DNA of 64,000 nucleotides from Opitutales bacterium (lineage in GTDB: Bacteria; Verrucomicrobiota; Verrucomicrobiia; Opitutales; PNEW01). Under the pieces are notes generated by a model. It worked only from the letters and a program-made list of their open reading frames with translations. It was not told the DNA's origin and searched no databases. Where the stretch lies: contig CBDANS010000006.1 of NCBI GenBank assembly GCA_965197745.1, positions 1,248,001 to 1,312,000 of the forward strand. The letters run 5' to 3'. A program made the translations under genes and the position numbers. Of the stretch, positions 1 through 8,861 are shown piece by piece (the first letter of the stretch is position 1; each line of letters starts with the position of its first letter).

Positions 1-609
1 TACAAGCGTATCGATGTCCTGGTCAATAATGCCATGAGTCGCCTCGTTTCCTGGGGTGAAGGTAAAACAGCGGTCGAAACATCGGAAGAAGAATGGGACA
101 AAATACTGGCTGTTGGTTTGAAAGCCCCCTTCATTGCCTGTCAGGAAGCGATTCCTGAAATGATTAAACAGGGCGGGGGATCGATAATTAACATTGGATC
201 CGTCCGGTCATTACGACCTTCTCCTAAGGGGATCACTTATGATGTCGTAAAGTCAGGGCTGATCAATCTCAGCGCCCAATTAAATTTAGATTATGGCAGT
301 CAGGGCATACGTTCTAACCTGATCTGTCCCGGATGGATTTTTGTCACCCCCGGCTACGCAGACGAGGTGGAAAAGGACCCTGTTTTACGCGGCCAGGTGC
401 AGCTTTCGCAGACCATCAAGCGACCTGGACTTCCCAGTGATATAGCCAAGGCCGCGCTTTTTCTAGCTTCTGAAGATTCCAGTTTTATGGCCGGATCGGT
501 TTTGGTTGTTGACGGTGGTAACTTAATTTTAAGTGGTCGCCAGTTTGACCCGAAACTTGAACAACAGGTGAACGCACTTTTTGCCGCCCATGCGGAACTT
601 AATACTTAA
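1..609 (+). CDS. SDR-family oxidoreductase, 5'-truncated by the window edge
   Basis: Frame is open from base 1 (YKRIDVLVNNA...); IINIGS, catalytic YDVVK (YxxxK), NLICPG, VVDGG. Confidence 0.92.
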   Translation, partial: YKRIDVLVNNAMSRLVSWGEGKTAVETSEEEWDKILAVGLKAPFIACQEAIPEMIKQGGGSIINIGSVRSLRPSPKGITYDVVKSGLINLSAQLNLDYGSQGIRSNLICPGWIFVTPGYADEVEKDPVLRGQVQLSQTIKRPGLPSDIAKAALFLASEDSSFMAGSVLVVDGGNLILSGRQFDPKLEQQVNALFAAHAELNT

Positions 610-658
610 TGCCTTGGGCTGATGTAACAATAATCTATTGGGTAAGGTAAATATTTAT

Positions 659-1201
659 ATGAAACACCTGTCGCACGATGAGATAGAAGAATGCATAGTC
701 AAAGTATTCGCATCCCCAAAAGATGAGGGTGCTGTCGAGGCTATTTTCATTCGTCCGAAAATGAATGAAAGAAAATCACTGCAAGAGGCACAACTCTCTC
801 CGGAGAAGGGTGTAGAAGGTGACCGGTGGGTAAATTTATGCTGGGTGAAGCTGAAGGATGGCAGCTCTGATCCCCGGGCTCAGGTATCCCTTTTCAACTC
901 CCGCCTCATGCGCTTGATCGCGCCCGATAAAAAGTTCTGGGCCTTGTCTGGAGATAATTTTATAGTAGACTTTGATTTAAGCGCTTTCCATCCGGGACAA
1001 AAAATAAATCTTGGGGAGGCCGTGATTGAAGTATCGGATCTGCCTCACACCGGATGCAAAAAATTTGCCGCGCGTTATGGAGCAGCAGTTAAAAATTACC
1101 TGGATTCACCTAAGGGGCAAAATCTGAATCTTCGAGGCGTTTACGCCAGGATATTAAAAGCAGGGAAAGTAAGTGTAGGGGATACACTGAATCGGATTTG
1201 A
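659..1201 (+). CDS. MOSC-domain protein
   Basis: GVEGDRW, GDNFIVD, PHTGCKKF, LRGVYARILKAG; ATG 659 preferred over TTG 638. Confidence 0.85.
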   Translation: MKHLSHDEIEECIVKVFASPKDEGAVEAIFIRPKMNERKSLQEAQLSPEKGVEGDRWVNLCWVKLKDGSSDPRAQVSLFNSRLMRLIAPDKKFWALSGDNFIVDFDLSAFHPGQKINLGEAVIEVSDLPHTGCKKFAARYGAAVKNYLDSPKGQNLNLRGVYARILKAGKVSVGDTLNRI

Positions 1202-1319
1202 TTAAGGGTTTAAACTGTTTAATGGATTAAGAATCATGAAACATTCAGAGTCGTGTGGGGTCTTCATCATACGGCACGATGCCCGTTACATGGTTTTACT
1301 CTATTACCTGACTTTCCGC

Positions 1320-2091
1320 ATGCATTTTCTATTTCGCGCGCTATTTATTTCGGGTATTGTTTTGATGCCATTAATCCTCGTCGCTAAAAACCGTAATGCG
1401 GTATTTACAAGCCCTGAGAGACAAGTGCGCCTGATTGAACTTTACACTTCTGAAGGGTGCAGTAGTTGTCCCCCGGCAGATCGCTGGCTCAGTGGACTGC
1501 TTACGGAATCTCATTTATGGAGTTCGGTTGTCCCCATCGCATTTCATGTCAGTTACTGGGATTATCTCGGGTGGCGTGATCCATTCGCTTCTGAGGAATA
1601 CGCAAAGAGACAGCGTATCTATGCTTCTTACGGAGGAACGAATGTTTATACCCCGGGATTTTTTGTTAACGGTAGGGAGTGGCGGGGGTTTTTTGAAAAT
1701 CGTGTTCTCCCCTCACCGCCAAACTTGAGACCCGGTATATTTAAGATTAAAGGCCATGCAGATCGATGATGATATTTACGAGGTGACATTTCATGAAATT
1801 GAAACAGATGAGAAAGAATATCGTGTTCACGCGGCTTTACTCGGTTTCGGGTTGAGCTCCCAGGTGAAAAGAGGAGAGAACCGAGGCTTACAATTGCAGC
1901 ACGACTTTGTTGTCGTCTCTTACCAAAACGCGATCCTTAAAAAAGAGAATAACGATTTTAAAGGAGAACTGAAAATTGTGTTTCCCGATAAATCAGGAAA
2001 TTCACGCAAAGCCATCGCATTCTGGGTGACGACAATAAAAAGCCCTATACCCATACAATCAACCGGTGGTTTTATTCGGGACCCTGTGTAG
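1320..2091 (+). pseudogene. DUF1223 thioredoxin-like exported protein, split by a +1 frameshift near 1749-1752
   Basis: ELYTSEGCSSCPPAD, HVSYWDYLGWRDPF and YTP are in the first frame; VKRGENRG..L.HDFVV is in the second. Removing one A from ATTAAAGGCC joins them (GIFKIKAMQIDDD). Confidence 0.75.
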
Positions 2092-2358
2092 GACGCGTGC
2101 CCAATGCAGTAATAGAGCGGTGCTCTTTCTTCCATTCTATAGCTCAATAGAAAATCAGAGACTCCCCTTAGATGCCGTCAACAGCGTTAATAACTGTGGA
2201 AAAAAAGAAGACTTCTCTCACTCTAATAATATGGGTTATATAATACTTATATTAAGTGGTAGAAATTAATTCAGGATTGCTTTCTTAAAAGGATTAAACT
2301 ACTCCAGCACTTTAATCTTAATTGTTTTGATAAAATAAAATCCCCACCGCTAAAAAAC

Positions 2359-2871
2359 ATGATAAAGAAAAGAATGTTAAATATTTTACCCGCGAACGCT
2401 ATGGGGAATATATTTTTAACAACCAGTCTGATTACTGTATTTTTGGGAGCAGCAACGGTAGCAAAGGCGATGAGTCATGAAGGCTCTGAACCACGAATAA
2501 TCTCAATGAACGGTAACGATCAGATGAAATTCGACATTACCGAGATCGACGTCACGGCAGGAGAAAAAATAAAGATAGTACTTAAAAACATCGGGAAAAT
2601 ACCTAAAATAGGCATGGCGCATAATTTCGTTCTTCTTAAAAGCGGTGTTGATGCCCAGCAATTTTCGATGGCTGCGATAATGGCAAGAGACAACGAATAT
2701 ATTCCGAAAGATCGCGAAAATGAGATTATCGTCTATTCCGGATTAGCAGGACCGGATGAAACAGTGACTGTAGAATTTACCGCTCCTGAGACACCCGGAA
2801 AATATGATTATGTTTGCACTTTTCCCGGTCACTACCTGGCCGGTATGAAAGGGGTCCTGATCGTTAAATAA
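2359..2871 (+). CDS. Azurin/auracyanin-like type-1 blue copper protein
   Basis: Signal peptide, NDQMKFD, MAHNFVL, C-terminal CTFPGHYLAGM (His, Cys, His, Met ligands). Confidence 0.92.
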   Translation: MIKKRMLNILPANAMGNIFLTTSLITVFLGAATVAKAMSHEGSEPRIISMNGNDQMKFDITEIDVTAGEKIKIVLKNIGKIPKIGMAHNFVLLKSGVDAQQFSMAAIMARDNEYIPKDRENEIIVYSGLAGPDETVTVEFTAPETPGKYDYVCTFPGHYLAGMKGVLIVK

Positions 2872-2986
2872 TTTTTAATCGTAGACGAGGTATCGCGCTG
2901 CCAAATATATTGAGCTACACTATGGATTTAGACCGAAGATTCGGGGATCTTTTTTCTTTCCCACCTTGTCATGTCCATTCAGAAGA

Positions 2987-3484
2987 ATGGAATTAACGTT
3001 TAAAAGCATATTACCCTATCTTTTCTTAATTTGCTATTCCGCCTCTATCTGCATCGCGGATGAAAAGGAAATCGATCCGGAAAAAGTATTTAAAGGGAAA
3101 GTGCTCTATGAAAGAAATTGCCAGATTTGTCATCAACCTTCGGGACAGGGTATTCGTCTTGCTTTTCCATCCCTCGTGGGAACCCCCTGGGTCACTGGGA
3201 GTAAAGATCGCTTAATTAAAATTTTACTCTACGGGGTGTCCGGCCCCATGATCGTGAAGGGAGAGGAATTTGCTACTGAAATGGCAAAACCAGGCTTTCC
3301 TCCGGGATCTTTAAAGGATGCTGAAATTGCTTATTTGCTTACTTATATCCGTAATGCGTGGGGTAATAAAGCTTCAGAGATAAAAGTAGCACACGTTATC
3401 GATATAAGAGAACAAGTGGGTGATCGTAGAAACCCTTTGGATTCTGATAAACTTCTGAGTCAACATCCCTTAGAGGTAGACTGA
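2987..3484 (+). CDS. Monoheme c-type cytochrome
   Basis: Signal peptide, CQICH, FPSLVG, LTYIRNAWGN. Confidence 0.9.
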   Translation: MELTFKSILPYLFLICYSASICIADEKEIDPEKVFKGKVLYERNCQICHQPSGQGIRLAFPSLVGTPWVTGSKDRLIKILLYGVSGPMIVKGEEFATEMAKPGFPPGSLKDAEIAYLLTYIRNAWGNKASEIKVAHVIDIREQVGDRRNPLDSDKLLSQHPLEVD

Positions 3485-3937
3485 TTTAAATACGACAATT
3501 ATTTAAGTTCAGGTTTATCGCTGCCGGCAGTTATGAGCATTGATGAGGTGCTGACTCAAAAGGCTTTCCGGTTAAACCTATCAATATCAATTATACTTAT
3601 CACAGCCAATACGAAATCTACTGAGATTTCACATAAGCCAATAAGCTTTTAATGTGAGAAGTATGTCGGGATCTTAAGATTAATAATCCCCGCCAGTACA
3701 ATTTTCTGAGGAGGATTGAGCATTTTTTGAAAGGTATCGTAAAGGGTGCATAAACTCAAATTTCCTTAAATTTTTGCATAAATAATTGACAGAGCTCTTT
3801 AGGCACGATTAAAGGAAGCCAGTACTCATTTCTCCCAAGCTATTCTTAATTTAACGGTCAGATTTATTATTTAAAAATTGAATTTCGGTTTCGGGAAGTG
3901 TGCTAATTGAAACGAGAAGATAAAAGTAAGACTGATT

Positions 3938-4744
3938 ATGAAATATTTTAAATTGAAACAAACAATTGCAACGTTCCTTGGAGTTATAATTTTAGTTGCA
4001 GTTTATGGATGTGGCGGCGAAAAGGCCCCAGCGGATGAAGCCGAAGCTAAAAGTGCTCCAGCGGCCTCCGCAGGTGGCGTCTCCATTCCGAAAGAGGGAG
4101 CGAAAATAACGGGCAGTGTGGTATTTTCGGGAGACGCGCCGCAATTACGCGATATTGATATGTCTGATGAACCGGTCTGTGTGCATAAATGGGAGGAACA
4201 AGGGACAACTTCAAAGAGTGAGACCTTAGTTTTGGGAGAAGGCCAAAGTATGGCCAATATCCTGGTAAGCATTAAAAGTGGATTAACGGCTCAGACTTAT
4301 AACCCTCCCGCGGAACCGGTAGTTGTCGATCAAAATGGATGTGCTTATTCCCCCCATGTTTTTGCCGTAATGAAAGGTCAGAATATAATCTTTAAAAATT
4401 CTGACGGGGTGTTGCATAATGTTCATGCCCTGCCCGAGAAAAACCGGGAATTCAATTTAGCGATGCCGGGAAGCATGACCGCATCCCCACCGCGCTCTTT
4501 CAAAAAAACTGAGCCCATGTTCCGCATCAAGTGCGATAAGCACCCCTGGATGCTCTCTTATGCCGCGGTCATGGATCATCCCTATTTTTCGGTTACTGGT
4601 GTGGACGGGATGTTTGAAATTATCGGATTGCCCGCCGGGACTTACGAAGTGGAAGCCTGGCACGAGAAATTAGGGACTCAGATTTCCACCGTGACAGTGG
4701 CGGCAAACGCAACCGAGACTGTCGATTTCACATTTTCCAGATAG
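3938..4744 (+). CDS. Lipoprotein with cupredoxin-like and carboxypeptidase-regulatory-like domains; first gene of the oxidase operon
   Basis: Lipobox AVYGC; DQNGCAYSPHV, HNVH, CDKHPWM; GLPAGTYEVEAWHE. Confidence 0.75.
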   Translation: MKYFKLKQTIATFLGVIILVAVYGCGGEKAPADEAEAKSAPAASAGGVSIPKEGAKITGSVVFSGDAPQLRDIDMSDEPVCVHKWEEQGTTSKSETLVLGEGQSMANILVSIKSGLTAQTYNPPAEPVVVDQNGCAYSPHVFAVMKGQNIIFKNSDGVLHNVHALPEKNREFNLAMPGSMTASPPRSFKKTEPMFRIKCDKHPWMLSYAAVMDHPYFSVTGVDGMFEIIGLPAGTYEVEAWHEKLGTQISTVTVAANATETVDFTFSR

Positions 4745-4800
4745 AGACGAATTATTGGTAAGATTATCAAGTAACTTACACCCATTAAATAAAATTAGCT

Positions 4801-6603
4801 ATGGCAGACACGACCGCTACTGAAGTAAAAGACCCTGAAGTAAGCCACGGCGAACATCACGAAGAGCTTCCCTTCTGGCGAAAATACATTTTTGCCACGG
4901 ACCATAAGGTGATAGGCTTACAATATGGTATCACCGCTGGATTCTTTCTCTTTTTTGGATTCGGATTGATGATGTTTATGCGCTGGAGTATGGCCTATCC
5001 GGAGCAGCCGGTACCGATATTTGGTTTCCTTTTTGGCGAGACGGGCATCATGTCACCGGACCAATACAATACCTTTGGTGCTATGCATGGAACGATAATG
5101 GTCTTTTTAGGAGTCGTTCCACTCGCAGTGGGAGCTTTCGGTAATTTTGTCCTCCCCCTGCAAATAGGGGCGGTCGATATGGCCTTCCCAAAAATTAATG
5201 CGGCCAGCTACTGGTGCCTTTTTCTCGGTGGCGTGGTTATGCTCGCTAGTTTTTTTCTACCCGAAGGAGCCGCCAAGTCAGGGTGGACTTCCTATACCCC
5301 GCTGGCCGATATCGATGTTGGGCTCGGTCAGACCTTTTGGCTGATCGGCATGATCTTTTTGATTACGTCTTCGCTTCTTGGTGCTATCAACTTTGTCACC
5401 ACCACGATTCAATTACGCGCCCCTGGCATGAGCTATATGCGATTGCCCTTTTTTGTATGGGCGCAGCTGGTTACCGCTTTTCTCCTTATTCTTGCTTTCC
5501 CACCGCTTGAAGCCGCTGGCATCCTGCAGTTAATGGATCGCGTGGCCGGAACCAGTTTCTTCCTCCCAACGGGTTTAGTCGTCAGTGGAGAGGTCGCAGA
5601 CATCAGCGGGGGAGGTAACGCCGTCTTGTGGCAGCACTTGTTCTGGTTTTTAGCTCACCCCGAGGTCTATGTGCTTATACTACCGGCTTTGGGCATTGTC
5701 ACAGAAATTATAGCTAATAACTCCCGCAAACCCATTTTTGGTTATAATCTCATGGTCTATTCTTTGATTTTCCTCGGGTTTATGTCATTTTCCGTGTGGG
5801 CGCACCATATGTTCATGACTGGAATGGGGACCACCTTGAATGCTTTCTTCCAGACGACAACGATGATCATATCGATCCCCTCGGTGGTTATCCTTTCCTG
5901 CCTCTTTATTTCCCTTTGGGGAGGATCTATTCGTTTCAATACGCCCATGCTCTTCGCCCTCGGATTTTTACCCATGTTTGGTATCGGTGGATTGACGGGC
6001 CTGCCCCTCGGCTTAAGTGCATCGGATATTCATCTCCATGACACCTATTATGTAATCGGGCATTTTCACTATGTAGTAGCGCCCGGGACACTTTTCGCTC
6101 TCTTTGCGGGCATCTACTTCTGGTTTCCCAAGATTACAGGACGCATCATGAACGAAGCCCTTGGTAAACTGCATTTCTTTGGATCCCTTATTTTCATAAA
6201 TATCATTTTCTTCCCTATGCTTATACAGGGACTGGCGGGCGTAAATCGTCGATTATATGACGGCGGGCAGGCCTATGCGGACCCCACGGCAATTATGGAA
6301 CCGGGTTTTTATTCCCATGTGGCCAATGTGCTTTATTTGAATAAATGGATGTCCATGGCTGCCTGGGCGTTGGGTTTGGTTCAACTTATATTCATTTTCA
6401 ATCTCATTTGGAGTATTAAGAAAGGCAAAAAAGTTGATCGCAATCCCTGGGGGGGAACAACCCTCGAATGGGCCGCTCCATCACCTCCCGGTCACGGTAA
6501 TTTTGAAACCCCGGTTGAAGTCTATAGTGGTCCTTATGAGTACAGTGTGCCTGGCGCATCAAAAGATTTTAGCCCGCAATTTGAAAAAGGTTCTAGCACC
6601 TGA
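4801..6603 (+). CDS. ctaD: Heme-copper oxidase subunit I, A-family-like
   Basis: TDHKVIG, MHGTIMVF, GAVDMAFP, WFLAHPEVY, VWAHHMF, HDTYYVIGHFHY, RR pair. Confidence 0.97.
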   Translation: MADTTATEVKDPEVSHGEHHEELPFWRKYIFATDHKVIGLQYGITAGFFLFFGFGLMMFMRWSMAYPEQPVPIFGFLFGETGIMSPDQYNTFGAMHGTIMVFLGVVPLAVGAFGNFVLPLQIGAVDMAFPKINAASYWCLFLGGVVMLASFFLPEGAAKSGWTSYTPLADIDVGLGQTFWLIGMIFLITSSLLGAINFVTTTIQLRAPGMSYMRLPFFVWAQLVTAFLLILAFPPLEAAGILQLMDRVAGTSFFLPTGLVVSGEVADISGGGNAVLWQHLFWFLAHPEVYVLILPALGIVTEIIANNSRKPIFGYNLMVYSLIFLGFMSFSVWAHHMFMTGMGTTLNAFFQTTTMIISIPSVVILSCLFISLWGGSIRFNTPMLFALGFLPMFGIGGLTGLPLGLSASDIHLHDTYYVIGHFHYVVAPGTLFALFAGIYFWFPKITGRIMNEALGKLHFFGSLIFINIIFFPMLIQGLAGVNRRLYDGGQAYADPTAIMEPGFYSHVANVLYLNKWMSMAAWALGLVQLIFIFNLIWSIKKGKKVDRNPWGGTTLEWAAPSPPGHGNFETPVEVYSGPYEYSVPGASKDFSPQFEKGSST

Positions 6604-6621
6604 AATACAGGAGATAATCGG

Positions 6622-7221
6622 ATGTCTACAGTTGAAATTCCTTATATTAGTACCCCCAGACCGGACACCGGATTGGTTAACGCCAAGCTGGGGATCTGGT
6701 TGTTTCTGGCTTCTGAGGTAATGCTTTTCGGGGGACTGTTTTCTACCTATGTCATCCTGCGTGTCGGCGCAGAGACCTGGCCGGAAGGGGCCTCTATTCT
6801 CAATGTACCCCTCGCGACCCTGAATACAATAGTGCTTATCACTTCCAGTATTACAATGGTCATGGCTTGGGCTTCATTAGTGAGAAAAAATTTTAATAAG
6901 TTCCGGCTCTATAATTATGCGACATTGGCCTGCGGCCTGATCTTTCTCATCGTAAAATATTTTGAATACAGTGCAAAAATTCATCATGGCCTTTTCCCTT
7001 CGGAAAGCACCTTTCTTGCCATCTATTTTACCCTTACCGGGTTACATGGATTGCACGTTATTGGAGGTATGCTGACCCTGGCATACCTGCACTGGCCGGG
7101 ATCGAAGATGTGGAAAACAGATCCAGTGCGCTTTACCGGCAGGGTAGAATGCGCCGGACTTTTCTGGCACCTGGTGGACCTCGTCTGGATCTTCCTGTTC
7201 CCCACCCTTTATCTCATGTAA
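6622..7221 (+). CDS. ctaE: Heme-copper oxidase subunit III (short form)
   Basis: WLFLASEVMLFGGLF, TGLHGLHV, FWHLVDLVWIFLFP. Confidence 0.95.
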   Translation: MSTVEIPYISTPRPDTGLVNAKLGIWLFLASEVMLFGGLFSTYVILRVGAETWPEGASILNVPLATLNTIVLITSSITMVMAWASLVRKNFNKFRLYNYATLACGLIFLIVKYFEYSAKIHHGLFPSESTFLAIYFTLTGLHGLHVIGGMLTLAYLHWPGSKMWKTDPVRFTGRVECAGLFWHLVDLVWIFLFPTLYLM

Positions 7222-7233
7222 GAGGAAATAACT

Positions 7234-7551
7234 ATGGCAGAAAACTTAGAAGAACTTGATCAACATGTGCGGGCCTGCTTCGCCATTTTTGTGGCCCTGT
7301 TATGCCTGACCGTAATGACCGTAGCAGTATCATATTTAAACTTACCGGTACCCGCTACGATCAGCCTGGCCTTGTGCATTGCTTTAATCAAAGGATCTAT
7401 GGTCGTCTCCTATTTCATGCACTTAATCTCTGAAAAAAAAGTTATATTCTGGTCCCTCACGCTGACTGCTATTTTCTTTATATTTCTCATGATCCTTCCC
7501 GTGATAACGGACCTGGATATCATCTCTTATACGGTTACCGTCAGCCATTAA
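7234..7551 (+). CDS. ctaF: Oxidase subunit IV family protein (3 TM)
   Basis: LLCLTVMTV, IALIKGSMVVSYFMHL (K..V..FMHL motif). Confidence 0.85.
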   Translation: MAENLEELDQHVRACFAIFVALLCLTVMTVAVSYLNLPVPATISLALCIALIKGSMVVSYFMHLISEKKVIFWSLTLTAIFFIFLMILPVITDLDIISYTVTVSH

Positions 7552-7734
7552 ATGTCCTTAAAAATATTTCATATTTTTTTTATTTCCATTTCATTAATTC
7601 TTTGTCTTGGTTTCGGCTGGTGGTCGTTCCAGCAATCCGGAGCCTATATTTTTGCGGGCATTGGGTCTTTTGCAGCAGGTATCGCTTTATTTTTCTACGG
7701 CAATTATTTTCTGAATAAAATGCAGAATCTATAA
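7552..7734 (+). CDS. Small 2-TM membrane protein in the oxidase operon
   Basis: ATG directly follows the previous stop (TAAATG); 60 aa, two hydrophobic segments, conserved-looking MSLKIFH start. Confidence 0.7.
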   Translation: MSLKIFHIFFISISLILCLGFGWWSFQQSGAYIFAGIGSFAAGIALFFYGNYFLNKMQNL

Positions 7735-7736
7735 CC

Positions 7737-7976
7737 ATGGGCAGTATCATTAGAGATTATTATTTTCGGTTAATAATAGCTGCTTTAGTATTCGTTACGG
7801 CACAGCCACTCATGGCTTGCAGCAGTTGCTTCAGTAAGGTAACCGGGAGCATGGCAGACAGCATTAATATGGGTATCATTTCATTGTATATGACTGTCCT
7901 GGTCCTCCTTGGCGGATTTGCCTGTTTTTTTATTAACCTTTGGAAGCGCGCTAAAAAATTCTCGAGAGATAATTAA
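7737..7976 (+). CDS. Small exported/membrane protein with CxxC
   Basis: Signal-like N-terminus, ACSSCF, then one TM helix and a basic tail; 2 nt after the previous stop. Confidence 0.7.
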   Translation: MGSIIRDYYFRLIIAALVFVTAQPLMACSSCFSKVTGSMADSINMGIISLYMTVLVLLGGFACFFINLWKRAKKFSRDN

Positions 7977-8013
7977 TTTTTTTTAAAACCCCACTATTTA
8001 TGAAAGGTCGATA

Positions 8014-8805
8014 ATGGAACAACCGATGAAAGAATTCTTTGGGATGCCATGGCTACCCATTGATGTTTCAGAGCATGGAGCTGCGCTCGATGATCTAAAC
8101 TGGTGGTTACACCTCTTAGCGATTATCCTTTTTGTGGGATGGACAGGCTATTTTATTTATGTCCTCTTCCGGTTTAAAAAGTCACGTAATCCTCAAGCAG
8201 ATTACGAGGGGACAAAATCTCATTTGGGAACGTATATTGAAGTCGCTGTAATCGTTGCGGAAATTGTTCTTCTAATCGGTTTTTCTATCCCCCTTTGGGC
8301 ACAATGGGCCGATGATTTCCCCGAGGAATCAGAATCAGTGGTCCTTCGCATAGTGGCTGAGCAGTTTGCCTGGAATTTTCACTATCCGGGATCAGACGGG
8401 GTCTTCGGCAATACTGCACCTCAACTGATCGATGTGCAGACTAATCCCGTGGGACTTGATATGGAAGATCCCAATGCGGCCGATGATGTAATAGCCAAAC
8501 GGCTCTATCTTCCCGTAGACAAGCCGATTATTACGCATCTAACCTCCAAGGACGTCATACACAGCTTTGGGATTCCCGCTATGCGGGTAAAACAGGATAT
8601 CATTCCAGGCATAACCATTCCCGTGACTTTCAAAGTCCTGGAGACGGGAAAATATCTTATTGCCTGCAGCCAGTTATGTGGTAACGGTCACTACAGCATG
8701 CGCGGCTTTATCGAAGTCCTGAGCCAGGATAATTATACTGACTGGCTGAATAGGGAGGTAGAGAAAGCTAAAAAACAGGCGGAGGCTGGTGATGATTTAT
8801 GGTAA
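8014..8805 (+). CDS. ctaC: Cytochrome c oxidase subunit II (CuA)
   Basis: Two TM helices, AEQFAWNFHYP, SKDVIHSF, KQDIIPG, CSQLCGNGHYSM. Confidence 0.95.
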   Translation: MEQPMKEFFGMPWLPIDVSEHGAALDDLNWWLHLLAIILFVGWTGYFIYVLFRFKKSRNPQADYEGTKSHLGTYIEVAVIVAEIVLLIGFSIPLWAQWADDFPEESESVVLRIVAEQFAWNFHYPGSDGVFGNTAPQLIDVQTNPVGLDMEDPNAADDVIAKRLYLPVDKPIITHLTSKDVIHSFGIPAMRVKQDIIPGITIPVTFKVLETGKYLIACSQLCGNGHYSMRGFIEVLSQDNYTDWLNREVEKAKKQAEAGDDLW

Positions 8806-8861
8806 TTCATTTCCTCTAATTTTTGATACTTTGAAATTTTCCTAATTAAAGGAACCGGATC

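Noticed and set aside
3490..3935. FNR/CRP/Rex boxes or a defined promoter upstream of the oxidase operon
   Set aside because: Only half-sites, and a TTGACA without a well-spaced -10; not supportable.
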